NCBI GenBank assembly: GCA_964394075.1 | Contig: CAYMVI010000001.1 | Coordinates: forward strand, 167,195-231,194 | Source: an uncultured Eubacteriales bacterium | GTDB taxonomy: Bacteria; Bacillota; Clostridia; TANB77; UBA1234 | DNA length: 64,000 nt | Direction: 5' to 3' | Shown: piece by piece, positions 1-9,410 of the stretch | Position numbering within the stretch: position 1 is the first letter of the stretch | How the letters are laid out: each line of letters begins with the position of its first letter | The notes under the pieces: generated by a model | Told to the model about the DNA's origin: nothing | What the model saw: only the letters and a program-made list of their open reading frames with translations | The model's database searches: none | Position numbers and translations under genes: made by a program

Positions 1-48
1 ACATAGTCATTGAAAGACACACAAAAGCGAGCCAAAAAGCTAAAAAAG

Positions 49-77
49 GCCTGTAATCGTAAGATTACGGGCTTTTT
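49..77 (+). terminator. rho-independent terminator for the gene upstream of the window
   Basis: Hairpin GCCTGTAATC-gtaa-GATTACGGGC followed by a T-run. Confidence 0.5.
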
Positions 78-82
78 ATAAT

Positions 83-111
83 TTGAAAAAGTGGACATAA
101 TATGGTATAAT
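83..111 (+). promoter_or_regulatory. sigma-A-type promoter
   Basis: TTGAAA, a 17-bp spacer and an extended -10 TGgTATAAT, about 60 nt upstream of the 173 ORF. Confidence 0.5.
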
Positions 112-172
112 TATAGTGTTCGTGAATAAACCAATAAAATGATACTTTGAAAATGGGAGGTATTACCTAGAT

Positions 173-763
173 ATGAGCAAGAAAAGTAAACGGACAATCA
201 TTATCGCATCCATTCTGCTGGCGATCATCGTAGCATCGTTGATCTTTGGCAGAGAAGCCATCGGCCCGAATACGGAGTACAAGTGTGACGTAAAAAACTT
301 TCGTTTGTCCACTGACATTGTGATCAAAACTGATGGTGAAAAAGTTGGTCAGGTGACCGGCAACATTTTTCGCATTGTGGAAGACCCGCTAACCATGAAA
401 GATTCGGATGGAAACCGACTTTCCTACGCTGGTGACGATTATCATTTAATCGCCCAGGACTCGCATGTGATTATCACCGATGGTGTGGTTACTGCCGAGA
501 TGGTAGGTAAATGGGATCTTTTCGGAGAGACGTACGACATCTATGATTCTGAAGGCGAGAAAATCGCAAGAGCAACTTTCAATTGGACCAATACCTATGG
601 TAAGTTGGAAGATGCAGACGGAAACTTGATTGCGGATTATGAGTCTTTTATTTTGTTCAACGATTTTGACATCAGAATTTCTGACGACTGCCCGTTGGAC
701 GATACGACTGTAATCATGATTTTCTGCTCGTATTACAGCGACCAGAGTTATGATAATTCGTAA
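173..763 (+). CDS. hypothetical membrane-anchored protein
   Basis: ORF with RBS GGGAGG and an N-terminal transmembrane helix. GC is about 47%, against about 30% for the genome. Confidence 0.6.
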   Translation: MSKKSKRTIIIASILLAIIVASLIFGREAIGPNTEYKCDVKNFRLSTDIVIKTDGEKVGQVTGNIFRIVEDPLTMKDSDGNRLSYAGDDYHLIAQDSHVIITDGVVTAEMVGKWDLFGETYDIYDSEGEKIARATFNWTNTYGKLEDADGNLIADYESFILFNDFDIRISDDCPLDDTTVIMIFCSYYSDQSYDNS

Positions 764-821
764 TTCAAATTAGAGTAAACCAAAAACATAAAAAATATTT
801 AACGAAAGAGGTACACAAATC

Positions 822-1466
822 ATGAAGAAAGACATCCTATGTCTAAGCAAGAAGCAGCAAGTTCAAGCAGAAATCGCTCGGATCCACTTTGAGCATCGGT
901 ATGATGCTGGTGCAATGTTTGGTACATTGACCGACTATGAGGCAAAGTACACCTATGAAAAACTGGCGCAGATGATTCCGAAAATTCCCGGTCTCACAGC
1001 TCAGGAAAGAGAGGATCTGTTACAGGAAATCGAGGTTCGAATCAAAAACATTCCTCAGGTGGAAAAGGAAAAGGAAGAAAAGCCTTATGAATATCCCGAC
1101 GAGAGAGAAGACGGAGTATCTAAGGAAACGTTGATGAAACTCAAAGTTGAACAGGTTCGGGACAGAATGGCACTAATTCACCATGAGCACCGTTATGATG
1201 CTGGCGCAATGATGGGCGTCTTGACTGCAAGCGAAGCAGAACGTGCCTACGTTAAGTTGATGGGCCTTTTGTACAGCATCCCTGATATTACTCCGGAAGA
1301 AAGCACTATGCTGGCGGAGGAAATCCAGGCGAAGATTGACAAAATTCCCGAGGTTGAAGCAGAAAAACGCGCTGAGTATGAAGTGGCGGAAGCCAAGCTC
1401 AGAAAAGAGCAAATGGCCAAAGGCAAGCCTAGCTTCTGGGATATCTTCAAGCGTAAAAAGAATTAA
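822..1466 (+). CDS. hypothetical charged protein with two tandem ~70-aa repeats (HxEHRYDAGAMxGxLT...)
   Basis: ORF with RBS AAGAGG. An internal duplication is visible in the translation. GC is elevated. Confidence 0.55.
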   Translation: MKKDILCLSKKQQVQAEIARIHFEHRYDAGAMFGTLTDYEAKYTYEKLAQMIPKIPGLTAQEREDLLQEIEVRIKNIPQVEKEKEEKPYEYPDEREDGVSKETLMKLKVEQVRDRMALIHHEHRYDAGAMMGVLTASEAERAYVKLMGLLYSIPDITPEESTMLAEEIQAKIDKIPEVEAEKRAEYEVAEAKLRKEQMAKGKPSFWDIFKRKKN

Positions 1467-1486
1467 GCTCTAAGGTTATAAAAGGG

Positions 1487-1521
1487 CTGTCACACATAAC
1501 ATGTGTGGCAGTTCTTTTTTT
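1487..1521 (+). terminator. rho-independent terminator
   Basis: Hairpin CTGTCACACAT/ATGTGTGGCAG followed by T7. Confidence 0.6.
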
Positions 1522-1552
1522 GTTACAAATTGTCTAAAAATGTGAAATTGCG

Positions 1553-1581
1553 TTGACTTTTTGAGGGTTTCTATATAAAAT
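1553..1581 (+). promoter_or_regulatory. sigma-A-type promoter
   Basis: TTGACT, a 17-bp spacer and TAAAAT. Confidence 0.45.
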
Positions 1582-1639
1582 TTCGATATAGAAAACATAT
1601 GCGTCAAATGAATCCACCAAATAACAGTTTAGGAGGTAA

Positions 1640-2578
1640 TTGTTTTTGCGAAACATGTTAAGGACACTCGAACGGGCAACGAAAGAAAGTGTCCCTCTGA
1701 CAAGTGATGACTTAGGTATCGAACCCTCAATCTTTATTGAAGTTGCACACAAGTGTGGCTTTGAAACTGAATTTGCACCATACAAGAAGGGGACGAGTGT
1801 GAGACTCAAACGTAGAGCAATCCCTGTGGTTATGCTGTACGATAGCAATGAATCCAAGAGTTTCAATTTCTTAGACCTAAGTGACTTGCATGTGGGACAT
1901 CCGAAGTTCAATGCTAAAGAATTGGAAAAGATTTTATCCAAGTATTACCGTAACGGTAAGCCCCTTGTTGACTATGTTTTTATTGCGGGGGACCTCTTGG
2001 AAGGTATAACAAGCGATTATTACACATATGAGTTGTTGCATTCGGACAAAAAGGAAATGCAAAGGGTTATCAACACCCGAAATGTTCAGGTAAATACGTT
2101 GTTAAATATTCTTACCAAATACGACTTTGACTATCGCGTGATAAACGGTAATCACGACTATATTTATACCGCGATGGGCATGGAATCTGCGCTTAGAATT
2201 CTTGAGCGGAAGATGAGAGATAACGGCAAGCGTTTCACATTCTATGATACGTACGTTGTTGATTTCATCATTGCTGGTGTCTGCAAACGCATGATGCATC
2301 TGGAATCTTTCGATAACAGGCCTGGAGCTGTTCCTTCGTATGATAGGCTTCGTGCTTTCAAACGAAACGGCGGATTATACGTTCGCTACAATGGCAAACG
2401 TTATCCGATTAGATTTTTCCAATGTGGACATCTGCATCAGCGGAAAGAGTTGTACGATGGTAACATGAAGGTATTTATCACGCAACCTGGTTCATTCGTC
2501 AAAAACGAGATGATTTACTCCCCTGGCATTCTGGTTAGAGGACGAGTTCTTGAAAACAAAAACGTCATTCGTGAGTAG
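1640..2578 (+). CDS. calcineurin-like metallophosphoesterase
   Basis: Metallophosphoesterase motifs are present: DLHVGHP, GDLLEG, NGNHDY and CGHLHQ. The likely start is TTG 1646, 9 nt after AGGAGG. GC is elevated. Confidence 0.6.
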   Translation: MFLRNMLRTLERATKESVPLTSDDLGIEPSIFIEVAHKCGFETEFAPYKKGTSVRLKRRAIPVVMLYDSNESKSFNFLDLSDLHVGHPKFNAKELEKILSKYYRNGKPLVDYVFIAGDLLEGITSDYYTYELLHSDKKEMQRVINTRNVQVNTLLNILTKYDFDYRVINGNHDYIYTAMGMESALRILERKMRDNGKRFTFYDTYVVDFIIAGVCKRMMHLESFDNRPGAVPSYDRLRAFKRNGGLYVRYNGKRYPIRFFQCGHLHQRKELYDGNMKVFITQPGSFVKNEMIYSPGILVRGRVLENKNVIRE

Positions 2579-2593
2579 TTACAAATTTGAGCA

Positions 2594-2626
2594 AAAGAGA
2601 TTCAGCAATGAATCTCTTTTTTGTTT
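2594..2626 (+). terminator. rho-independent terminator
   Basis: Hairpin AAGAGATTC/GAATCTCTT followed by a T-run. It marks the end of the high-GC block. Confidence 0.6.
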
Positions 2627-2774
2627 TGCTTAAAATTAGGTTAATTTGTAGAATAAAAAGACTTTCTTTTGGGTTGATGTTAAGGGGTTGTTGTGATAAA
2701 TTTAAGGGGTACAAGATAAGGAGATGAAGCTATGAACACAATTGTTATTTTAATTAGTAAATTATTATATTTGA

Positions 2775-4046
2775 TTGGAAAAATGGTGGGAAAAGGAAGC
2801 AGTCTTCCACGGAAAGATTGCTCTTAAAATAGATAAGAATATTTTAAAGAAAGTTGTATTACCAGATGACATTATTGTTGTTACAGGTAGTAACGGTAAG
2901 ACATCAACAGTTGAAATGATTTGTAACACTTTAGAAGCTAATGGTTATAAAGTTGGCTGTAATAGAGAAGGTTCAAATCAAACTGAAGGTGTTACAACAA
3001 TGATTTTGAACAACTGTAATTTAAAAGGTGAAGTTAAGAAAGATATTTTAGTTATAGAAAGTGACGAAAGATATTTAAGACATACATTAAAACATTTTAG
3101 ACCCAAGTATTTAGTTGTTACAAATTTGTATAGAGATCAAATGACCAGAAATGGTCATTCCGAGTTAATTTATGACATTATTAAAGAAGCAATTACAGAT
3201 GATATTCATTTGATACTAAATGCAGATGATCCTCTTACTTCAATGTATGGTTATAAGAGAGAAAATGTAACTTATTTTGGTATGGATAAAAATAATCTTT
3301 CAGTAATGAAAAATGAAAGCGCATATGATGATGGTGTGTACTGTCCTAATTGTAAAGAACGTTTAGAGTATAGTTATTATCACTACAACCACATTGGTGA
3401 TTTTGAATGTAAAAATTGTGGACACAAGAGAATGAAACCAGAATATGCTGTTACAGATTTAAATTTAAATAACAGCGAAATGGTAATTAATAATAAATAT
3501 AAAATTTCAATGAACTTAAGAAGTGTATATATGGCATACAATATGCTTGCTACATTTGCTGTTACAAGATTAGTTGGATTAAAAGATGACAAGATAGTCG
3601 AATCGTTAAATAATTACATCATGAAAAACGATAGAGTTCAAAAGTTTGAGTTAAATGGAAAGCATGCAATGTTATTAACCTCAAAACATGAAAACTCTAT
3701 TTCATATAATCAATCACTTTTATATATCACTAGAGAAAAAGCACCATGCACTGTTGTTATAATTGTTGATGCTGTTAGTAGAAAATATTTTACAAGTGAA
3801 ACATCTTGGCTTTGGGATATTGATTTTGAATTGTTACAAAATGATTGTGTAAAGAAAGTTATACTTGCCGGAAAGTATGTTCATGATTTAGTTACACGTT
3901 TTGAATATTCGGGAATTGATATGAAAAAAGTTAAAGCTATGGATGATTTAGATGATATGATGGATGAAGTTAAAGAAAATGCAGTTGGACAAATTTATGT
4001 TGTAACTTGTTTTTCAGACAGAATGAAATTCATGAGTAGGAGGTAA
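2775..4046 (+). CDS. murT: lipid II isoglutaminyl synthase subunit MurT (Mur-ligase-like). The 5' end appears frameshifted.
   Basis: It carries the Mur ligase motif VVTGSNGKTST and the MurT zinc-ribbon CPNC...CKNC, and is immediately followed by gatD. A short ORF from ATG 2732 with a good RBS encodes ...MVGKGSSLP and stops at 2825 inside this gene, in the -1 frame. Confidence 0.75.
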   Translation: MEKWWEKEAVFHGKIALKIDKNILKKVVLPDDIIVVTGSNGKTSTVEMICNTLEANGYKVGCNREGSNQTEGVTTMILNNCNLKGEVKKDILVIESDERYLRHTLKHFRPKYLVVTNLYRDQMTRNGHSELIYDIIKEAITDDIHLILNADDPLTSMYGYKRENVTYFGMDKNNLSVMKNESAYDDGVYCPNCKERLEYSYYHYNHIGDFECKNCGHKRMKPEYAVTDLNLNNSEMVINNKYKISMNLRSVYMAYNMLATFAVTRLVGLKDDKIVESLNNYIMKNDRVQKFELNGKHAMLLTSKHENSISYNQSLLYITREKAPCTVVIIVDAVSRKYFTSETSWLWDIDFELLQNDCVKKVILAGKYVHDLVTRFEYSGIDMKKVKAMDDLDDMMDEVKENAVGQIYVVTCFSDRMKFMSRR

Positions 4047-4048
4047 AT

Positions 4049-4765
4049 ATGAATATAAAAATTTTACATCTTTATCACGACATTTTAAATTTATATGGTG
4101 ACTACGGTAATGTTGCTGTTTTGAAAAAACATATTGAAGACCAAGGTAATACAGTTACATTAGATAAAAAAAGTATTGGCGAAGAGTATGATCCTAACAA
4201 TTACAACTTTGTATACATTGGTGCTGGAACTGAAAGAAATTTAGATAGAGTTTTAAAAGATATTAAATTGCATAATGAACAATTTAAAAAATATATTGAT
4301 GACAGAAAATATATTTTAGCTACAGGAAATTCTTTTGAAATGTTTGGAAAGAAAATTGAAGAGGAAGATGGCTTAAATATTTTTGATTACGAAGTACAAA
4401 GAGACAAAGACAGAAAAACATCTGATGTGATTTACTCTAGCGAATACTTGAAAAATAAAGTTGTTGGATTTGTTAATAAAAGTACAAGAGTTTATCACAA
4501 TATGAATCCGTTTTTTAAAGTTGAATTTGGTATTGGTGAGAATGAAAAAAATGATTATGAGGGAGTGAAGTATAAAAACTTCTATGGAACTCATATTTCA
4601 GGTCCAATTCTTGCACGTAATCCAGAACTTTTACAGGCATTAGTTATAGGAATGTGCAAAGATCTTAGCAGGGATTTTAAACCTAAGAAGATTGATTATA
4701 CAAACGAGCAAAAAGGATATGAATTAGTGTTGGAAGAGCTTACCAAAAGAGCGGAAAGCAAGTAA
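4049..4765 (+). CDS. gatD: glutamine amidotransferase GatD (CobB/CobQ-like), partner of MurT
   Basis: 238 aa. Its start is 3 nt after the murT stop, and it has a GATase-like fold. Confidence 0.65.
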   Translation: MNIKILHLYHDILNLYGDYGNVAVLKKHIEDQGNTVTLDKKSIGEEYDPNNYNFVYIGAGTERNLDRVLKDIKLHNEQFKKYIDDRKYILATGNSFEMFGKKIEEEDGLNIFDYEVQRDKDRKTSDVIYSSEYLKNKVVGFVNKSTRVYHNMNPFFKVEFGIGENEKNDYEGVKYKNFYGTHISGPILARNPELLQALVIGMCKDLSRDFKPKKIDYTNEQKGYELVLEELTKRAESK

Positions 4766-4833
4766 AAAATTATTGAAAATTATATAGAATATGTTAAAAT
4801 ATTTTTGAAATCTAATAAGGAGGTTTTTAAATT

Positions 4834-5373
4834 ATGGAATTAAAAGGTTCAAAAACAGAGAAAAATTTAATGGAAGCATTTGCTGGTGAATCACAAGCTA
4901 GAAATAAATATACATATTTTGCAAGCAAAGCTAAAAAAGAAGGATATGAGCAAATCGCTGCTATATTCCAAGAAACAGCTGATAATGAAAAAGAGCACGC
5001 AAAAATGTGGTTTAAATTATTACATGGTGGTGAAGTTCCTACAACAGCTGAAAACTTATTAGCTGCTGCAGAGGGAGAAAACTTCGAATGGACAGACATG
5101 TATGATAGGATGGCTCAAGAAGCTAAAGAAGAAGGATTCGATCATATCGCATTCTTATTCTCAGAAGTTGCTAAAATTGAAAAAGAACATGAAGAAAGAT
5201 ACAGAAAATTATTAGCAAACGTTGAAGGTGGATTAGTATTTAGCAAAGATGGAGATAAAATCTGGAAATGTAGAAATTGCGGACATATCGTTATTGGTAA
5301 AGAAGCTCCAGAAATGTGCCCAGTTTGCACACATCCAAAAGCATACTTTGAAATTAAAGCTGAAAATTATTAA
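4834..5373 (+). CDS. rbr: rubrerythrin
   Basis: Ferritin-like E..H motifs plus a C-terminal rubredoxin-like CRNC...CPVC. Confidence 0.85.
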   Translation: MELKGSKTEKNLMEAFAGESQARNKYTYFASKAKKEGYEQIAAIFQETADNEKEHAKMWFKLLHGGEVPTTAENLLAAAEGENFEWTDMYDRMAQEAKEEGFDHIAFLFSEVAKIEKEHEERYRKLLANVEGGLVFSKDGDKIWKCRNCGHIVIGKEAPEMCPVCTHPKAYFEIKAENY

Positions 5374-5384
5374 TATAAAAAGAA

Positions 5385-5416
5385 GAAGCGGAAGGAATAA
5401 ATCCTTCCGCTTTTTT
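5385..5416. terminator. bidirectional terminator between the convergent rbr and spoIIID genes
   Basis: Hairpin AGCGGAAGGA/TCCTTCCGCT with A and T runs on both sides. Confidence 0.7.
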
Positions 5417-5424
5417 AATATGTG

Positions 5425-5712
5425 TTACTTGTTTGCCTTTTTAGTTGCGTATTTTTTTCTGGTGGCTTCGCCGCCACGGATATGTCTCTCAGCTTTGTTT
5501 TTATCAAGAATCGTTTTTGCGCGCTTAGCAAGTGCTGCATCAACGGTCCCGAGTCTTTCGGTTATGTCTTTATGTACGGTTGATTTAGAAACGCCAAAAA
5601 CTTTCGCTGCGGAACGCACTGTTGCGTTGTTAGCGACGATGTAATTGGCGATATTTTTTGCACGATCGTATATATAAAGGTCGTTCACGAAAAATACCTC
5701 CTTGAAATACAC
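5425..5712 (-). CDS. spoIIID: sporulation transcriptional regulator SpoIIID
   Basis: 95 aa, containing VSKSTVHKD, ERL and HIRGGEATR, which are SpoIIID hallmarks. Confidence 0.8.
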   Translation of the reverse strand: MYFKEVFFVNDLYIYDRAKNIANYIVANNATVRSAAKVFGVSKSTVHKDITERLGTVDAALAKRAKTILDKNKAERHIRGGEATRKKYATKKANK

Positions 5713-6046
5713 TTTGTAAATTGTATTCTGTTTTGTCGCTAGTTATTACATACGTTTTTGTTCGTGTACATGCGTACAAGTGCTGGAATTAAAGTAGAGT
5801 AGACTTTGACAAACACCCTCTCTTGAAAATTATTTCCACTGTTATGTTTACAAAATATGGTTAAGGGTTAACTAAGATATTTAGTTATCTGCATTCTATC
5901 ATCTTTTATTTTCTCGCGCAACTTAAAAAGCCAACAAAAAGTCGACATGTTTATTAAAATAAGTAGGAAATATTAAGGTTTTATGATAAAATCTCAAAGT
6001 AGGTGAATGCAAGCATTTGCTTATATTATGTAAATTGAGGTAACTT

Positions 6047-6532
6047 ATGTTTGGAATAATATTATTTATAATTTTGTTATTCGGAATGTATTTTTATAAT
6101 GTGTATTTGCGTGAATATTTTGAAGTTATAAGAACATATAAATCGCTTAGAAAATTATTAGAAACAAGAGATTTGATTTTGCTAAAAATTTTATCCGATG
6201 TAAATAACAAAAAGTTAAGTAAAAAAATTTTGAATTTAATAGATCAGAGAAGAAAGAAAGCGAAAATTTCTTTTGACGATGGAATAATTGCAGATGTTGA
6301 ATTGAATTCTGCACTTAAGAAGTTATACGAAGAAATAAATGCGATGAAAAGAAATGAATTACAAGATGAAATGTTTAAACATCTGATTGGATTAGAAAAA
6401 CAATTAAAGAGTGTTCGAAATAGATACTCGGAAGCTGTTACAAAATATAATTATGCATTAGCAACGCATCCCAAAGTATTAATAAAAATGTTACACTTAA
6501 GAACGTTTCAATTATACGGTAATAAAAATTAA
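6047..6532 (+). CDS. hypothetical single-pass membrane protein (weakly LemA-like)
   Basis: N-terminal transmembrane helix followed by a charged coiled region. There is no strong family signal. Confidence 0.4.
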   Translation: MFGIILFIILLFGMYFYNVYLREYFEVIRTYKSLRKLLETRDLILLKILSDVNNKKLSKKILNLIDQRRKKAKISFDDGIIADVELNSALKKLYEEINAMKRNELQDEMFKHLIGLEKQLKSVRNRYSEAVTKYNYALATHPKVLIKMLHLRTFQLYGNKN

Positions 6533-6535
6533 GAG

Positions 6536-7552
6536 GTGAGTAGAATGGGTGGAGATGAAGAGAGAATAATTTGTCCTGGACTTGGAAGTATGGATACAGA
6601 TATAGAAACAAGTCTAAGACCTAAAAATATAACAGACTATGTAGGTCAAGAAAAAGTAAAAGAAAATTTGAAAGTGTTTATCGAAGCTGCAAAGAAAAGA
6701 GAGGAACCTTTGGATCACACATTATTATATGGACCTCCGGGGCTTGGTAAAACAACACTTGCAAATATCATTGCAAATGAAATGAATACGAATATTAGAA
6801 TTACTTCTGGCCCTGCAATTGAGAAGCCTGGTGACTTAGCTGCGTTACTTACAAATCTTTCTCCAAATGATGTTTTGTTTATCGATGAGATTCATAGATT
6901 AAACAAAAGTGTTGAAGAAATTTTATATCCAGCTATGGAAGATTTTGCGCTAGATATAATTATTGGTAAAGGTCCAAGTGCAAGATCGATAAGATTAGAT
7001 TTGCCTAAATTTACTTTAGTTGGTGCTACTACTAAAGCTGGTAATATTGCATCACCACTTCGTGATAGATTTGGAATTATAAATAGATTAGAACTTTATG
7101 ATAATGACCAACTAAAAAGTATTGTAAAACGTTCCGCTGCTATTTTGAAAATAGATATCACAGACAAAGGGGCAGCTGAAGTAGCATCACGTTCAAGAGG
7201 TACTCCAAGAATTGCGAATAGACTTTTAAAAAGAGTTAGAGATTATGCTGAGGTTGTTGCTGATGGAACAATTACAGATGATATAGCTGATAAAGCGTTA
7301 AAGTGTTTAGACATCGATGGATTAGGTTTGGATAATACTGATATAAAAATGCTCGATGCAATTATAAATAAATTTGCGGGAGGACCAGTTGGAGTAGAAA
7401 CATTAGCTGCAACAATTGGAGAAGATGCAACAACTATTGAAGATGTTTACGAACCATATTTAATGCAAATTGGTTTTATAAATAGAACTCCACGTGGAAG
7501 AATAGCGACAAAAGCTGCCTACGATCATTTAGGAATTGAGTTTGAAAATTAG
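6536..7552 (+). CDS. ruvB: Holliday junction DNA helicase RuvB
   Basis: [11 protein letters not shown] Walker A and RuvB-like overall organisation. Confidence 0.9.
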   Translation: MSRMGGDEERIICPGLGSMDTDIETSLRPKNITDYVGQEKVKENLKVFIEAAKKREEPLDHTLLYGPPGLGKTTLANIIANEMNTNIRITSGPAIEKPGDLAALLTNLSPNDVLFIDEIHRLNKSVEEILYPAMEDFALDIIIGKGPSARSIRLDLPKFTLVGATTKAGNIASPLRDRFGIINRLELYDNDQLKSIVKRSAAILKIDITDKGAAEVASRSRGTPRIANRLLKRVRDYAEVVADGTITDDIADKALKCLDIDGLGLDNTDIKMLDAIINKFAGGPVGVETLAATIGEDATTIEDVYEPYLMQIGFINRTPRGRIATKAAYDHLGIEFEN

Positions 7553-7563
7553 GATGTGAAAAA

Positions 7564-8121
7564 ATGAAAGTTTTATTGCATACATGTTGTGCACCGTGTT
7601 CAACATACGTAATTGATAAATTAAGAAAAGATGGATACGAAAATATTACATCATATTGGTACAATATAAATATCCATCCTTTTATGGAATATAAAGCTAG
7701 ATTAGATGCTTTAAAAATTTATACAGAAATGGTCAATGTTCCTCTTGTTATAGAACATGACTATGGAATAAGAGAATTTACTAAAAGTGTAATAAAAGAT
7801 ATTGATGGTCGTTGTAGATTTTGCTATGTATCAAGACTTGCAAAGACTGTAAAGTATGCAAAAGAAAATGGATATGATGCATTTACAACAACACTATTAG
7901 TAAGTCCTTATCAAAATCATGAAATGATAATTGAAATTGCAGAAGAACTTGCTAAACAATATGATATTAAATTTATTTATCAAGATTTTAGAAAAGGTTA
8001 TAGAATAGGACAACAAATGGCACGTGATGCTGGCATATATATGCAAAAATATTGCGGTTGTATTTATTCGGAGGAAGATAGATATAAGAAACAGATAGAA
8101 ATACTTGAAAAACCAAAATAA
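7564..8121 (+). CDS. queH: epoxyqueuosine reductase QueH (DUF208)
   Basis: N-terminal HTCCAPCS cysteine motif in a protein of about 185 aa. Confidence 0.55.
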   Translation: MKVLLHTCCAPCSTYVIDKLRKDGYENITSYWYNINIHPFMEYKARLDALKIYTEMVNVPLVIEHDYGIREFTKSVIKDIDGRCRFCYVSRLAKTVKYAKENGYDAFTTTLLVSPYQNHEMIIEIAEELAKQYDIKFIYQDFRKGYRIGQQMARDAGIYMQKYCGCIYSEEDRYKKQIEILEKPK

Positions 8122-8136
8122 AAAGGGGATTTTTAT

Positions 8137-9246
8137 ATGAAAAGTATATTTTTTGTAGTAGGCATGTATTTTATAATGGCCTTATCTTCTGGTGAAAGAT
8201 GGGCGGTAGTTATAAAAATTAGTTACATGATTTTTTGTGTAATCGTTTTAATGCTAATAAAATTAATTCAATTGATTTCTGCAATCAAAAGAAGAAAAAA
8301 AGAACAAATTCAGTATTATAGAGAAGAATTAGATGAATATTCCCCAATGATTAATGCAAAGCTTATTGGAAAAGATATTTTCGATTCAGATGTTATTACA
8401 GCAATGATACTTTATCTTAAGGATAAGGGTTGGGAAATTGAGAATATGACAACAAAAGAAAATAGCGCATTTATGGAACATGAACATTTTTTTATAAAAT
8501 ATAGTAAACTTCTTTTTTTACGTTTGAAAAATAAAAGAGAAAATATAAATGAGTTTAATCAGCTAAAATATTATATCGAGGATGCTGTAGAAAGAGATAT
8601 GATATATTTAGGATTGCTAAAGGATGAATATATACAAAAAAAGTCAAAGCAGAGATTCGAAGACGTGCTAGTTTCCATCTTGTTAGCTATTAACATGATG
8701 TTTGTGGTTCCAATGTTTAATATAGAAGATCCGCAAGTTATAAAACATGGACAAATATTTCAAATAATTGTTAATATGGTGTGGATGGTAGCTTATTTTA
8801 TTGATGTAAAATTTAGAACATATTTTAAGTTTTATTTAGAAGAAAGCGGAAAAAAATATGCAGAAAAATTAAGAGCTTCAAAAAAATATCTGAAAAACTA
8901 CACTTTAATAAATGATAAAGAAATAAAAAGCAAAGTTATTTATGAATCTTATTTGAGAAATGCGATATTGTTTGACTTGAAAGGTTCATTAGATGAAGAT
9001 GCAAAAAAATATTATAAGGATACTATTTTGAAATATGGGTATTTTGAAAATATAAATCACAATGGTTTTTTACAATTGCTTTTCTATTTTTCAATAACAA
9101 GTATCTGGTATGCAATGTTGTTAATAGGACCTATGCCTCTAAAAATGATGATTAGCTGTTTCTTAATTTATCCGCCGATATTTTCATACTTTGATGAAAT
9201 TATTAATCCAAAAGAACCAAAGATAAAAACAATATTTAAAAGTTAA
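8137..9246 (+). CDS. multi-pass membrane protein, a divergent paralog of the next two genes (DUF2207-like C-terminal region)
   Basis: It shares its organisation and several blocks with the 9411 and 10406 ORFs. Confidence 0.55.
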   Translation: MKSIFFVVGMYFIMALSSGERWAVVIKISYMIFCVIVLMLIKLIQLISAIKRRKKEQIQYYREELDEYSPMINAKLIGKDIFDSDVITAMILYLKDKGWEIENMTTKENSAFMEHEHFFIKYSKLLFLRLKNKRENINEFNQLKYYIEDAVERDMIYLGLLKDEYIQKKSKQRFEDVLVSILLAINMMFVVPMFNIEDPQVIKHGQIFQIIVNMVWMVAYFIDVKFRTYFKFYLEESGKKYAEKLRASKKYLKNYTLINDKEIKSKVIYESYLRNAILFDLKGSLDEDAKKYYKDTILKYGYFENINHNGFLQLLFYFSITSIWYAMLLIGPMPLKMMISCFLIYPPIFSYFDEIINPKEPKIKTIFKS

Positions 9247-9379
9247 AACGGAAAACGGTCAAACTGCTTGGGTTTGTATGATTTGTGGGTATGTTTATTA
9301 TGGTGATGAAATACCAGATGATTACAAATGTCCGATTTGTAAAGTTGGGAAAGAAATGTTTAAGAAAAAAGAAAATTAA
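9239..9379 (+). pseudogene. decayed mini-rubredoxin-like ORF (..[27 protein letters not shown]) with no usable start codon
   Basis: There is striking similarity to the rubredoxin knuckles CxxCGY and PDDWVCPxCGVGK. The ORF is in the +1 frame abutting the upstream stop. The only ATG, at 9278, lies after the first Cys. Confidence 0.4.
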
Positions 9380-9410
9380 AATATACAAAAGATAAAAAGG
9401 AGAATGAGAG

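Noticed and set aside
4766-4833. PerR/Fur box upstream of rubrerythrin
   Set aside because: There is only a weak AT-rich pseudo-palindrome (ATTATATAGAATAT), which is not distinguishable from background in an AT-rich genome.
5249-5644. 131-aa + ORF spanning the rbr end to spoIIID
   Set aside because: It overlaps the terminator and lies antisense to spoIIID. It has no RBS and is a low-complexity translation.
5713-6046. Sigma-E type promoter for spoIIID
   Set aside because: Only a partial -10-like GAATACAAT is seen, and the -35 is unconvincing, so it is not called.
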